From positions 327,507 through 391,506 of the forward strand of contig CAWDOJ010000003.1 in assembly GCA_963803825.1 (NCBI GenBank): 64,000 nt of DNA, in the 5' to 3' direction. The translations under genes and the position numbers were made by a program. This stretch comes from an uncultured Verrucomicrobiae bacterium. Its GTDB lineage: Bacteria; Verrucomicrobiota; Verrucomicrobiia; Chthoniobacterales; JAATET01. Positions 1-10,081 of the stretch are shown here, piece by piece (positions within the stretch are counted from its first letter, which is position 1; each line of letters starts with the position of its first letter). The notes beneath the pieces are model-generated. The model was not told where the DNA came from and searched no databases. It was given only the letters and a program-made list of their open reading frames with translations.

Positions 1-2
1 GA

Positions 3-191
3 AAACTCATCAATTTGAAAGGATTTTCATTTTCAGCCTCTGAGGCATTGGAGAAGGCTGACACCAAGTCCCTCATAGCCACCATAATCTGTGACTCAGA
101 AGGCGGATTCACGATGAATCCAGAGATCGAGAAGACTATCGCTGACAATCCTACAGCCACGGTAATCGGCCTCTACATTGAATACGAATGA
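3..191 (+). CDS. 3' end of cassette hypothetical protein (partial); resembles C-terminus of 45030-45584
   Basis: Open frame ..KSLIATIICDSEGG..TVIGLYIEYE* ending just before attC. Confidence 0.7.
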   Translation, partial: KLINLKGFSFSASEALEKADTKSLIATIICDSEGGFTMNPEIEKTIADNPTATVIGLYIEYE

Positions 192-197
192 GGGTCT

Positions 198-316
198 AAC
201 AAGGCGCTGCAGCCAACCCCTAGCCGCTACCCTGTCCCGTTGTTCTGACTTCCGTCCATTCCATCACACCAAGCTGAGAGTTCGGTCCCCCGTTCGGGGT
301 GGCTGAGCTTGACGTT
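198..316 (+). repeat. attC, rare centre type (also near 33467 and 49073)
   Basis: 119 bp AAC..GTT; centre TTGTTCTGACTTCCGTCC..CACACCAAGCTGAGAGTTCGGTCC. Confidence 0.9.
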
Positions 317-329
317 AGCCTCTTAAATT

Positions 330-785
330 ATGAAAAAAGTCCTCATCGTTCTCGGAAGTATTTTCCTTCTCATTGTCATCGCAGTTTCCGCACTCATCGG
401 ATTTGCAGCTTATAACGGAAACAAATTTGACTCTTCGAGTAAGGCTTACGTCGATCAAAGTATCCCACCAATCTTATCATCTTGGTCAACAGAGGAGTTG
501 ATGAAGAGAAGCTCACCTGAACTCAAGGCATCTGGGACGCCACAGCAGTTTTCCGAACTCTTTAAAAAGTTATCTCAGTTAGGTGCGCTCAAAAAGTATG
601 ACGAATCGCAGGGGAGTTCTTTTATGTCATACACGACGCAAAACGGAAAACTTGTCACTGCAGATTATACAGCGCACGCAAGCTTTACCAATGGAAGCGC
701 AGAGGTTAAAATTAAGCTCATTCAGCATGACTCTCAGTGGCAGATTCTAGGTTTCCACGTGAATTCCCCGCTTTTTCTAAAGTAG
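330..785 (+). CDS. Membrane-anchored hypothetical protein (DUF3887/DUF4019-like)
   Basis: N-terminal TM; C-terminal WQILGFHV; fills cassette. Confidence 0.75.
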   Translation: MKKVLIVLGSIFLLIVIAVSALIGFAAYNGNKFDSSSKAYVDQSIPPILSSWSTEELMKRSSPELKASGTPQQFSELFKKLSQLGALKKYDESQGSSFMSYTTQNGKLVTADYTAHASFTNGSAEVKIKLIQHDSQWQILGFHVNSPLFLK

Positions 786-796
786 CAATACAGGCT

Positions 797-915
797 AACA
801 AGGCGCTGCAGCCAACCCCTAGCCGCTTCGCTGGCTGGGGTTGCTCGGTCCGGCTATCGGCAGCTCACCTCAGGGTTGGCTCGATCACCCGCTCAGGGTG
901 GCTGAGCTTGACGTT
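797..915 (+). repeat. attC, majority centre type (type 1)
   Basis: 119 bp; centre TTCGCTGGCTGGGGTTGCTCGG..CAGCTCACCTCAGGGTTGGCTCG. Confidence 0.95.
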
Positions 916-930
916 AGCCCATTAAGGAGA

Positions 931-959
931 TTGCCTCCGGCGCCGTCAGATGGTAGAAA
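931..959 (+). promoter_or_regulatory. Putative sigma70 promoter, leaderless position
   Basis: TTGCCT-17-TAGAAA, 6 nt before GTG 966. Confidence 0.35.
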
Positions 960-965
960 CGGAAA

Positions 966-1298
966 GTGACGTTACCGAACATCCCCGCCGCTCAAATCCA
1001 GAAGGATAAGGTCACAGAGTATCTCCTCGCCACGTCTCATCCCGAAGGCCGCGGGAAAGCGATCTTCTTCGCTTCGTTCGGATTCACACTCCACGACTGG
1101 CACATTCTTGCGGAGTCGTTGATTGCGCACGCGAAGAGCAACGCGGTAACAGGAGTTTCGGAATCTCGCTACGGCTCAAAATACCAAGTTGACGGTCCAC
1201 TCAATTGCCCGGACGGTCGATCACCGACAATCAGAGCAGTTTGGATTGTTGAGGTGACCGCAGATTTCCCAAGACTCGTCACAGCATATCCGCTATAG
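966..1298 (+). CDS. DUF6883-like protein (putative toxin)
   Basis: K..YLL..HP.GR.KA.FF..GF ... W ... PRLVTAYP pattern. Confidence 0.8.
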   Translation: MTLPNIPAAQIQKDKVTEYLLATSHPEGRGKAIFFASFGFTLHDWHILAESLIAHAKSNAVTGVSESRYGSKYQVDGPLNCPDGRSPTIRAVWIVEVTADFPRLVTAYPL

Positions 1299-1304
1299 AA
1301 CATC

Positions 1305-1535
1305 ATGATCCAAGAACACGATCAGGTCATTTTAACCTGCCCCATTCCGACTGATTCTCTTGAGATCGGGGACATCGGGGCTGTTGTTCACGTTTACGGA
1401 TCTGGTGAAGCATACGAGGTCGAGTTCGTTACACTGACGGGACGAACAGCTTCAGTCGTGACAGTGTCGTCGGAAGACATTCGGTCGGCTCGGTCCGAAG
1501 AGATCCCTCATGCGCGAGAATTGCTGCATACCTAA
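1305..1535 (+). CDS. DUF4926 protein (putative antitoxin/immunity)
   Basis: L..GD.GAVV....AYEVEF motif. Confidence 0.85.
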   Translation: MIQEHDQVILTCPIPTDSLEIGDIGAVVHVYGSGEAYEVEFVTLTGRTASVVTVSSEDIRSARSEEIPHARELLHT

Positions 1536-1872
1536 AATACAGGGCTAACAAGGCGCTGCAGCCAACCCCTAGCCGCTTCGCTGGCTGGGGTTGCTCGAAC
1601 CCGTTATCGGCAGCTCACCTCAGTGTTGGCTCGGTCATCCGCTCAGGGTGGCTGAGCTTGACGTTAGCAAATAGAACTCATGCCACTCAAGACGCCAAAA
1701 GAATGGATATCTCTTGGGACCGCCGGAACACTCCTCGTTGCATTACAACCAGCTTTTAGCTTTATACACTACTTCTGGAGTCTACGAATGGGAGCGTATC
1801 CAGTGAATGCGGATTCAATCGGAATACCGATCTATAATGAATTTCTTTCCTGGCTGATAGTGGCTCCCATAG

Positions 1873-3181
1873 GGCTCCTCCGAGATTGTAGTGGGAAACT
1901 GAAGAGGGTTTGAACGGAGAGGATGGATGCGGGTAGGAAGGAGTGCGATGAAGGATACAGAGTTTTACGCGCAGATCTTGGGATTGAAGAGTCCGTGGGT
2001 GGTTGAAGAAGTCGACTTGGCCGTGAGTGAGAAGCGGGTGGTGGTCCGGCTCGGGTATGAGCGGGGGACATTGTGGGCCAGTGAGGATGGAGAGCATCGA
2101 CTTCCGTGCCATGACCATGTCGAGCGCTTCTGGAAGCACATGGATACGTGCGGGTTCGAGACGTTGCTGGCGGCGCGAGTTCCGCGGTTGCGGTTGCCTG
2201 ATGGGCGGGTGGAAAGCGTGCCGGTGCCGTGGGCGGGAAAGGGCAGTCGCTTTACGCTGCTTTACGAGCGTTTTGCCATCGAAGTGATCCGAGCGTGTGC
2301 AACGGTGAGTTCGGCGGCGCGTTTGCTGGGACTGAGCTGGGATCAAGTTCACGGGATCATGCGACGGGCCGTTGAGCGGGGGCTCGAGCGTCGCGATCTC
2401 AGTGGATTGCGCTACGCCGGACTCGATGAAAAGAGCTTTGGCGGTGGGCAGAGCTACATTTCGCTCATGACTGATCTGGAAGGCAGCCGGGTGCTGGAAG
2501 TCACTGACGGCAACGACAAGCAAAGCGCGGCAGTCCTTTGGCAATGCCTACCCGAGGATGTCACCGCGGGCTTGGAAGCCGTGGCCGCCGACATGAGCGG
2601 GCATTTTGGTGCCAGCGTCGCAGACTACGCCCCGCAGGCTGATCTGGTCCACGACCGCTACCACATCAGCGCCCATCTCAACAAGGCAGTGAGCCAGGTC
2701 GTGCGCGCCGAAAACAAACGCCTGCAAGCCATGGGAGACGAACGCCTCAAGGGCACCCAGCGCCTCTTCGGCTACAACCCCGATCATCTCAGAGAGGAGG
2801 ATGTCTGCCGCTTTTCTCAACTGCGTCACTCCGATCTCAAGAGCGCTCGCGCTTGGGCCATCAAGGAAAACTTCCGCCGCTTCTGGGACTTCCGCTACGA
2901 GGCCAATGCCCGCAAGTTCTTCGCTGCTTGGTATGGCTGGGCTCGCCGCTCTCAACTCGAGCCCATCAAGAAGGTGGCGAAAACCCTCAAAAACCACTTT
3001 GAGAATATCATCACTTTCCTGAGCCACCGCATCACCAACGCGGCTACCGAGGCTCTCAATTCACGAATCCAATCCCTCAAGTCTGCCGCCCGTGGATTCC
3101 GTTCTTTCCTCAACTATCGGACCAGAATTCTCTTCTTCCTCGGTAAGCTCGATCTTTTCCCACTGTAAACCCTGAAGAGCC
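1873..3181 (+). mobile_element. ISL3-family IS, copy 1 (1309 bp)
   Basis: Ends GGCTCCTCCGAG..CTGAAGAGCC; 8-bp TSD TCCCATAG. Confidence 0.95.
1927..3168 (+). CDS. ISL3 transposase (likely start 1948)
   Basis: GLDEK, ADM, DRYH and TNA.TE.LN..I..LK..ARGFR motifs. Confidence 0.95.
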   Translation: MRVGRSAMKDTEFYAQILGLKSPWVVEEVDLAVSEKRVVVRLGYERGTLWASEDGEHRLPCHDHVERFWKHMDTCGFETLLAARVPRLRLPDGRVESVPVPWAGKGSRFTLLYERFAIEVIRACATVSSAARLLGLSWDQVHGIMRRAVERGLERRDLSGLRYAGLDEKSFGGGQSYISLMTDLEGSRVLEVTDGNDKQSAAVLWQCLPEDVTAGLEAVAADMSGHFGASVADYAPQADLVHDRYHISAHLNKAVSQVVRAENKRLQAMGDERLKGTQRLFGYNPDHLREEDVCRFSQLRHSDLKSARAWAIKENFRRFWDFRYEANARKFFAAWYGWARRSQLEPIKKVAKTLKNHFENIITFLSHRITNAATEALNSRIQSLKSAARGFRSFLNYRTRILFFLGKLDLFPL

Positions 3182-3449
3182 TCCCATAGCTCTATGCGGA
3201 ATCTGGTGGGCTGTATGGGATTACCATGACGCGAAATTGATTTTTGGATGGAACCGCAAGCGTCCGACTTGGAGTCTATTATGGACGGTTCTATTTACCA
3301 TCCTTATTGTTGGAACCGTTCTTGAACTTCCCTATGCTTTAAGTTGGATGAATTTACCATCAATTATAAATTTAAGTCTATGGATATGCTTATTTTTATG
3401 TTTGAGGGCAGTTGTTGTATTCAAACGGTTTCTGGTAACATGAATGGCT

Positions 3450-3568
3450 AACAAGGCGCTGCAGCCAACCCCTAGCCGCTATCGCGGCTGGGGTTGAGGA
3501 ACCCGCCACAGGCAGTTGCTCCGTTTGCCAAATCCTTATACAAGCTCGGGGTGGCTGAGCTTGACGTT
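3450..3568 (+). repeat. attC, centre type 2 (about 14 copies)
   Basis: 119 bp; centre TATCGCGGCTGGGGTTGAGGAACCC..GTTTGCCAAATCCTTATACAAG. Confidence 0.93.
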
Positions 3569-3958
3569 AGACTCTTATACAAAATTCATGAAGACCTCCG
3601 GTGGATGAAATAATGAGATGCATGAAGCACCACTGCCAAGCCGAACATTTGCAACTGAGCCTGGGGATTTTGTATCGATATCTAGAACTCCGGTGGATAA
3701 ATTCACTGGCCGGCTTGAATTCGGAGTCGAGCGGAGCGAGAACCCTCGCTAAAAATGATCCGAAGACGAACTCATATTTTGTGCGCAGCACGCGAACTTT
3801 TCAAGCAATTTTGCGTAATTCATCCAATCAGGACTAATGCCATTGGCGCACTGAACTTACCTCCTCCACCATCGCCACATCTGAGACAGCTCCACCTCAC
3901 ACAATTATACTTAGAAGACAGAACATCCAGAAATGGAGAAAAGCAATACGAGTCTAAC
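3566..3958 (+). other. Gene-less cassette, family A copy 1
   Basis: 393 bp between attC sites; no ORF conserved across all copies. Confidence 0.8.
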
Positions 3959-4091
3959 AAGGCGCTGCAGCCAACCCCTAGCCGCTTCGCTGGCTGGGGT
4001 TGCTCGGTCCCGCTTTTGGCAGCTCACCTCCAGGTTGGCTTGATCGCCCGATCAGGGTGGCTGAGCTTGACGTTCGGTCCTGAAAAATGAA

Positions 4092-4119
4092 TTCCATCCG
4101 ACTACTTGTCTGATAGACT
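4092..4119 (+). promoter_or_regulatory. Putative extended -10 promoter of TA cassette
   Basis: TG-A-TAGACT 6 nt before ATG 4126. Confidence 0.45.
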
Positions 4120-4125
4120 GAACCA

Positions 4126-4350
4126 ATGACACTTGCAGAATTTCCTCAACTTCAGGCTCTATCGCCAAGGGACAAGCTCCAGCTTGTTGACGAATTGTGG
4201 ATCGATGTCATCCACAATGTCGATTCCGTCGAGCCATCCGAACAGGAACGATCTATTTTGGATGCCAGATGGATGAGTTTCATCACTGATCCGGCTTCAG
4301 CGATGACCCTCGAAGAGTGCAAGACCCGCGTAAGAGATCTTCGCGGATGA
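4126..4350 (+). CDS. Addiction module antitoxin (unstable antitoxin family)
   Basis: LSPRDKLQLVDELW..LDARW pattern; ATGA overlap with toxin. Confidence 0.85.
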   Translation: MTLAEFPQLQALSPRDKLQLVDELWIDVIHNVDSVEPSEQERSILDARWMSFITDPASAMTLEECKTRVRDLRG

Positions 4351-4652
4351 AGGATTTTCGAATCTTACCTGAAGTTCCACAAGATCTTGCCGAAATCGCT
4401 GATTGGTATGACGTGCACGGGTATCCAGGACTTGGGGATCGATTCATTGATACTTTCTATTCATACATTCCGCACATCTGCGAAGATGGAGAAGCATATC
4501 GCCAAATCTATTCTGGGTTTCGAAAGATTCTTCTGAAGCCATTCCCATATTTTCTATTCTACCGATACCATCAGGATATCGTGGTCGTCTCCCTCGTGAT
4601 AGGTGCCATCCGAAAGCCAGAAGCTGATTCGACGGCAACTAAAGATTCGTAA
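4347..4652 (+). CDS. RelE/ParE family toxin
   Basis: DL.EI..WY....GLG.RF...FPY.LFYR. Confidence 0.85.
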   Translation: MKDFRILPEVPQDLAEIADWYDVHGYPGLGDRFIDTFYSYIPHICEDGEAYRQIYSGFRKILLKPFPYFLFYRYHQDIVVVSLVIGAIRKPEADSTATKDS

Positions 4653-4777
4653 ATGAGACCGAACAAGGCGCTGCAGCCAACCCCTAGCCGCTTCGCTGGC
4701 TGGGGTTGCTCGGACCCGCTATTTGCAGTTCACCTCAGAGTTGCCTCGGTCACCCGCTCGGGGTGGCTGAGCTTGAC

Positions 4778-5170
4778 GTTAGACTCTTATACAGAATTCA
4801 TGAAGACCTCCGGTGGATGAAATAATGAGGTGCATGAAGCGCTCCTGCCAAACCGAACATTTGCAACTGAGCTTTGGGGTTCTGTATCAGTATCTAGACC
4901 TCCGGTGGATGAATTCACTGAGTGGCTTGAAGTCAAAGTTCAGCGAAGCGAGAACAGTTATTAAAAGTGATCCGAAGGCGAACTCATATTCTGTGCGCAG
5001 CACACTAATTTTTTGAGCAATTTTGCGTAATTCATCCAATCAGGACTGATGCCACTGGCTCACTGAACTTAACTCCTCCACCATCGCCACATCTGAGACA
5101 GCTCCACCTCACTCAATTATACTTAGAAAACAGAACATGCAGAAATGGAGAAAAGCAATACGAGTCTAAC
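4778..5170 (+). other. Gene-less cassette, family A copy 2
   Basis: 393 bp, homologous to 3566-3958. Confidence 0.8.
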
Positions 5171-5295
5171 AAGGCGCTGCAGCCAACCCCTAGCCGCTTC
5201 GCTGGCTGGGGTTGCTCGGACCCCCTATTGGCAGTTCACCTCAGGGTTGGCTCGATTGCCCGCTCAGGGTGGCTGAGCTTGACGTTCGGTAAAAT

Positions 5296-5964
5296 ATGAA
5301 AATACGGCGCAAGCGGCTCCTCGAATTTTACGACACTTGACGGAGCGATCTCGGATTCGGCACTCATGTGAGCGCCATCACCGGCCTTTTAGGCGAAGAC
5401 CTAATCCTCGGAATACTTGAACACTATTTGCGAGCCGTGGGAGGGTTTTCAACACAGCTTGTAGATTACAAGTGCGTTCCGGGAACAAGGAGTGGTGCTC
5501 GACTTGACGCATGGTTGGTCGCCGAGAATGGAAAGGATAAGGTTCTTTATCAGATCGAAGTGAAGAACTGGGCTTCTAATTCGATTGGAGGAAAGTCAGT
5601 AATTCTAGATACAAGCACCGCAGATCTGCATGACCACGCTTCAAAAACATTCGAATCATATTTTCACACTCCAAGAAACGCGAAAATGACGTTAAAAGTC
5701 CTGTTTCCTATGAAACCGCCTCTCGGATACGAAAACTACCGTATAGTCCCATTGGTCGCACTCTGGTCTGCCGTGTCGAACAGCAATTTGTTAAAACCGT
5801 ATTTTTCTGTTCACAACCGTTACTTTAATGAAGGTCTATTCCCACACTTCGATGTATTCTCGTCATCTCTTGATCTGAGAACATTAGATATGGAATTCCT
5901 TGATATCGACCTCCCTCGTTTCTCGGACCGCCTAACCAGAATCAAGGAAATCGTGCAATTCTGA
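5296..5964 (+). CDS. PD-(D/E)XK restriction-endonuclease-like protein; in-frame TGA at 5338-5340, downstream ORF 5368-5964
   Basis: GEDL..RLDAWL..YQIEVKNW catalytic pattern. Confidence 0.65.
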
Positions 5965-6097
5965 TTACCGAACAAGGCGCTGCAGCCAACCCCTAGCCGC
6001 TTCGCGGCTGGGGTTAGCGGCTGCACAACCTGCAGGAATCTGCCACTTGCGACTCGATCACCCGCTCGGGGTGGCTGAGCTTGACGTTGGGTCATAA

Positions 6098-6456
6098 ATG
6101 AAACGCTTCGGATGCATAGTTATACCCGCTGCCCTTATAATCTGCATGGCGGTCTTCGCCGCTATGTTTCTAAAAGATCTCGATAGTTGGAACGGGGCAA
6201 TCGAACAAACAAGCTCTGATCTGGAATGGATTCCGAGTCAGGCGAGCAACGTCACCTATTATGAGGACTTTTTGCGATCAATTGCAGAATTCAACATTGA
6301 CCAATCCGAATTCGAGAGATGGTGCCACGCGCAGGACAAAGCTTTGCACGCCGTCGATAATCCACTTGATACATCCATTCAACGTTCAATCCCGATGCTC
6401 GCATCATGCGGCCTCATCGCACTTCCAAAAACCGATCCTGAAGACAGCTATTATAA
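6098..6456 (+). pseudogene. Cassette gene truncated by ISL3 (similar to 14505-15029)
   Basis: ORF runs into IS end; no continuation on far side; WIPSQASNVTYY..SIAEFNIDQSEF resembles LPRTAEQISYY..SLAEFDVTESQF. Confidence 0.8.
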
Positions 6457-7766
6457 GGCTCTTCAGGGTTTACAGTGGGAAAAGATCGAGCTTACCGAGG
6501 AAGAAGAGAATTCTGGTCCGATAGTTGAGGAAAGAACGGAATCCACGGGCGGCAGACTTGAGGGATTGGATTCGTGAATTGAGAGCCTCGGTAGCCGCGT
6601 TGGTGATGCGGTGGCTCAGGAAAGTGATGATATTCTCAAAGTGGTTTTTGAGGGTTTTCGCCACCTTCTTGATGGGCTCGAGTTGAGAGCGGCGAGCCCA
6701 GCCATACCAAGCAGCGAAGAACTTGCGGGCATTGGCCTCGTAGCGGAAGTCCCAGAAGCGGCGGAAGTTTTCCTTGATGGCCCAAGCGCGAGCGCTCTTG
6801 AGATCGGAGTGACGCAGTTGAGAAAAGCGGCAGACATCCTCCTCTCTGAGATGATCGGGGTTGTAGCCGAAGAGGCGCTGGGTGCCCTTGAGGCGTTCGT
6901 CTCCCATGGCTTGCAGGCGTTTGTTTTCGGCGCGCACGACCTGGCTCACTGCCTTGTTGAGATGGGCGCTGATGTGGTAGCGGTCGTGGACCAGATCAGC
7001 CTGCGGGGCGTAGTCTGCGACGCTGGCACCAAAATGCCCGCTCATGTCGGCGGCCACGGCTTCCAAGCCCGCGGTGACATCCTCGGGTAGGCATTGCCAA
7101 AGGACTGCCGCGCTCTGCTTGTCGTTGCCGTCAGTGACTTCCAGCACCCGGCTGCCTTCCAGATCAGTCATGAGCGAAATGTAGCTCTGCCCACCGCCAA
7201 AGCTCTTTTCATCGAGTCCGGCGTAGCGCAATCCACTGAGATCGCGACGCTCGAGCCCCCGCTCAACGGCCCGTCGCATGATCCCGTGAACTTGATCCCA
7301 GCTCAGTCCCAGCAAACGCGCCGCCGAACTCACCGTTGCACACGCTCGGATCACTTCGATGGCAAAACGCTCGTAAAGCAGCGTAAAGCGACTGCCCTTT
7401 CCCGCCCGCGGCACCGGCACGCTTTCCACCCGCCCATCAAGGCAACCGCAACCGCGGAACTCGCGCCGCCAGCAACGTCTCGAACCCGCACGTATCCATG
7501 TGCTTCCAGAAGCGCTCGACATGGTCATGGCACGGAAGTCGATGCTCTCCATCCTCACTGGCCCACAATGTCCCCCGCTCATACCCGAGCCGGACCACCA
7601 CCCGCTTCTCACTCACGGCCAAGTCGACTTCTTCAACCACCCACGGACTCTTCAATCCCAAGATCTGCGCGTAAAACTCTGTATCCTTCATCGCACTCCT
7701 TCCTACCCGCATCCATCCTCTCCGTTCAAACCCTCTTCAGTTTCCCACTACAATCTCGGAGGAGCC
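6457..7766 (-). mobile_element. ISL3-family IS, copy 2 (1310 bp), no TSD, at array orientation switch
   Basis: Same ends as copy 1; flanks TATTATAA and ACCCTGAG differ. Confidence 0.95.
6470..7712 (-). pseudogene. ISL3 transposase, frameshifted
   Basis: Extra A near 7440 (CATCAAGGC vs CATCAGGC) splits the ORF. Confidence 0.9.
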
Positions 7767-7843
7767 ACCCTGAGCGGGCAATCAAGCCAACCCTGAGGTG
7801 AGCTGCCGGAAGCGGGTTCGAGCAACCCCGGCCAGCGAAGCGG

Positions 7844-8242
7844 CTAGGGGTTGGCTGCAGCGCCTTGTTCGGCTGTATTTGCCCGGATAAAGTAGGATCG
7901 TGTTGTTTGAACATCGCCGAACGATCTTCCGTCGAACTGAACCTTGACTTGAATTCCCGGCCTAGGCGAGAAGATTGGCAGAATACCGAAATATAAATGC
8001 TTACCCAGCATGCCGATCTCCTCTTCATCAGCAATAGTTAGCGTCGGTCCTCCAACTAGTTTCTTGGACTCCCCAGATTTGTGAACGACAATATAGCTAG
8101 GTCCTTCTGAGACTTTTATTACGAGCTTGCCGTTGTCCAAAGCTACGGACTCGAATGGGCTAGTTCCCCGGACATCTGCAGCAGCAGAAATGTGTGAATA
8201 GACCAAGATGGCAGACGCTACAGTAAGTATTGGAATATTCAT
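7844..8242 (-). CDS. Secreted hypothetical protein
   Basis: Signal-peptide-like N-terminus; stops inside attC. Confidence 0.75.
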   Translation of the reverse strand: MNIPILTVASAILVYSHISAAADVRGTSPFESVALDNGKLVIKVSEGPSYIVVHKSGESKKLVGGPTLTIADEEEIGMLGKHLYFGILPIFSPRPGIQVKVQFDGRSFGDVQTTRSYFIRANTAEQGAAANP

Positions 8243-8544
8243 GATTATTTAGGTAAGCAGTCGATTGGCACGTTTCAAGGTCGGTTTATCACTAATTATA
8301 TCATCCACCGGAGGTTGAGCCGAACGTCAAGCTCAGCCACCCCGAACGGGCAACCGAGCCAACCCCTAGGTGAGCTGCCAGTAGCGGGTCCGAGCAACCC
8401 CAGCCAGCGAAGCGGCTAGGGGTTGGCTGCAGCGCCTTGTTCGGCTGTATTGGAAACGTGGTATCGCGATAATGCACGTAGAAAGCCACAAATACTGCCT
8501 TTGCACGATGAACGCGGGTTCAATGTAATTTTCTGCAGCTTCAT

Positions 8545-8766
8545 CTAATTGTTGGTAGACAAGATCCGGATAAGTTGGGCGGCGCTCTCGATTGCTGAGA
8601 GTGATATGGCCAGAACCCCAATGAACCTGAGTAGTTTATATATCGGTTTGTCTGAGTGAATGAGTTGCTCGAAAAAGCTAACCCCGACTTTAGGGTGAAA
8701 AAGAATATACAAAAGAGGAACCGAAACCAAGATTGCAAAGGTGACTATAAAATATGTTGTGGACAA
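8545..8766 (-). CDS. Small 2-TM hypothetical protein
   Basis: Hydrophobic ORF covering about half of the cassette. Confidence 0.5.
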   Translation of the reverse strand: MSTTYFIVTFAILVSVPLLYILFHPKVGVSFFEQLIHSDKPIYKLLRFIGVLAISLSAIESAAQLIRILSTNN

Positions 8767-9033
8767 TATGAGGAGGGGTTTGCGAATCGGAATTTTGTAT
8801 CGAATACGATTTTCGCCTTACTTGTAAATTTGTAGATAGATCGTGGGCCCTTCGCGTCGATCTGTGTAATTTCATCCGCCGGAGGCTATTTCATGAGCCG
8901 AACGTCAAGCTCAGCCACCCTTAGCGGGTAACCGAGCCAACCCTTAGGTGAGCTGCCAGTGGCGGGACCGAGCAACCCCAGCCAGCGAAGCGGCTAGGGG
9001 TTGGCTGCAGCGCCTTGTTAGACCAGCATTTAT

Positions 9034-9429
9034 TTATTTGCTTTCTGACGCGATCCGTTTTGCCTTGGATGAGATTGCGTTCTCCGGGAATCTATTCGTA
9101 TATTGTAGAATGAAGTGCGCTCCGTCTCTTGAGACTTCCTCGTCGGAGAGCTTCTCACCCTTTGCGTCTACGGGGTAGTTCTCATATTGAACCGAGTTGG
9201 AAGCGAGTTCTTCATATGCAAGGCCAATATTCCGCTCAAGCGAGTATCGTAGTGAACTTGGCTTACCGTTTAGGAGAATGAGCTGGATTGTAGAATCATT
9301 GAGTTGTTTATTCCATGCTTCTCGAGTGCTTCGTTGTTCAGCTTGCCGATCACCAATGAAAAAACCAATGAGAGATGCTATAAGAATAATTGCTACTATT
9401 AGAACTGATTTTGTTATGCGGGCATTCAT
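9034..9429 (-). CDS. Membrane-anchored hypothetical protein
   Basis: Fills cassette; N-terminal TM. Confidence 0.75.
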   Translation of the reverse strand: MNARITKSVLIVAIILIASLIGFFIGDRQAEQRSTREAWNKQLNDSTIQLILLNGKPSSLRYSLERNIGLAYEELASNSVQYENYPVDAKGEKLSDEEVSRDGAHFILQYTNRFPENAISSKAKRIASESK

Positions 9430-9560
9430 ATTTATTTATGGTCTAACGTCAAGCTCAGCCACCCCGAACGGGAAATCGAGCCAACCCTGAGGTGAACTGC
9501 AAATAGCGGGACCGAGCAACCCCAGCCAGCGAAGCGGCTAGGGGTTGGCTGCAGCGCCTT

Positions 9561-9954
9561 GTTAGACTCGTATTGCTTATCTCCGTTTCTGGATGTTCTG
9601 TTTTCTGAGTATAATTGTGTGAGGTGAAGCTGTCTCAAATGTCGCGATGGTGGAGGAGTTAGGTTCAGTGAGCCAGTGGCATCAGTCCTCATTGGATGAA
9701 TTACGCAAAAGTGCTCAGAAAAATTCGAGTGCTGCGCACAAAACATGAGTTCGCCTTCGGATCACTTATAATAACGGTTCTCGCTTCGCTAGACTTTGAG
9801 TTCAAGCCACTCAGTGAATTCATCCACCGGAGGTCTAGATATCGATACAAAATCCCCATGCTCAGTTGCAAATGTTCGGCTTGGCAGGAGCGCTTCATGC
9901 ATCTTATTGTATCATCCACCGGAGGTCTTCATGAATATTGTATAAGAGTCTAAC
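9561..9954 (-). other. Gene-less cassette, family A copy 3
   Basis: 394 bp homolog. Confidence 0.8.
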
Positions 9955-10081
9955 GTCAAGCTCAGCCACCCCGAACGGGCGTGCGAGCAACGGGTTGTGA
10001 TCTACTGGAGGAAGACCGTGGAAGAAAGCTGGCAGTGGAGCGGCTAGGGGTTGGCTGCAGCGCCTTGTTCGCTGGTGTTAT

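Larger units (their letters stand above)
1680..3443 (+). pseudogene. Membrane protein cassette gene interrupted by ISL3 (intact copy 11818-12264)
   Basis: 5' part 1680-1872 and 3' part 3182-3443 match the intact 148 aa copy. Confidence 0.95.
198..6088 (+). repeat. Integron cassette array, + strand part (8 attC sites starting near 198, 797, 1547, 3450, 3956, 4662, 5168, 5971)
   Basis: Repeats have R'' (AAC), L'' GCTGCAGC, L' GCTGAGC and R' (GTT). The arms pair with two extrahelical bases. Each cassette's first 7-9 nt are usually the reverse complement of its last 7-9 nt (e.g. GTTCGGTAA...TTACCGAAC). Confidence 0.97.

Noticed and set aside
908-915. TTGACG at the end of every attC as a universal -35 element
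   Set aside because: In the cassettes checked, a -10 at 16-18 nt was found only for the Panacea cassette (TACATT); not general.
737-925. Many short ORFs containing NKALQPTPSRF, TRRCSQPLAA, ERQAQPP, TSSSATL or RLGVGCSAL
   Set aside because: They are translations of the attC repeat; true starts were moved to the first ATG/GTG inside each cassette.
1762-3027. Antisense and alternative-frame ORFs in ISL3 and IS5 copies
   Set aside because: Shadows of GC-rich transposase genes, repeated only because the IS is repeated.
3601-4090. Family A sense ORFs (MDEIMRC.., MIRRRTH..) as real genes
   Set aside because: Lengths and stops differ between copies and some copies are interrupted; the antisense 74-aa ORF is also broken in two copies.
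7844-7870. EQGAAANP as an ssrA-type degron
   Set aside because: It lacks the terminal Ala-Ala; the similarity is only superficial.
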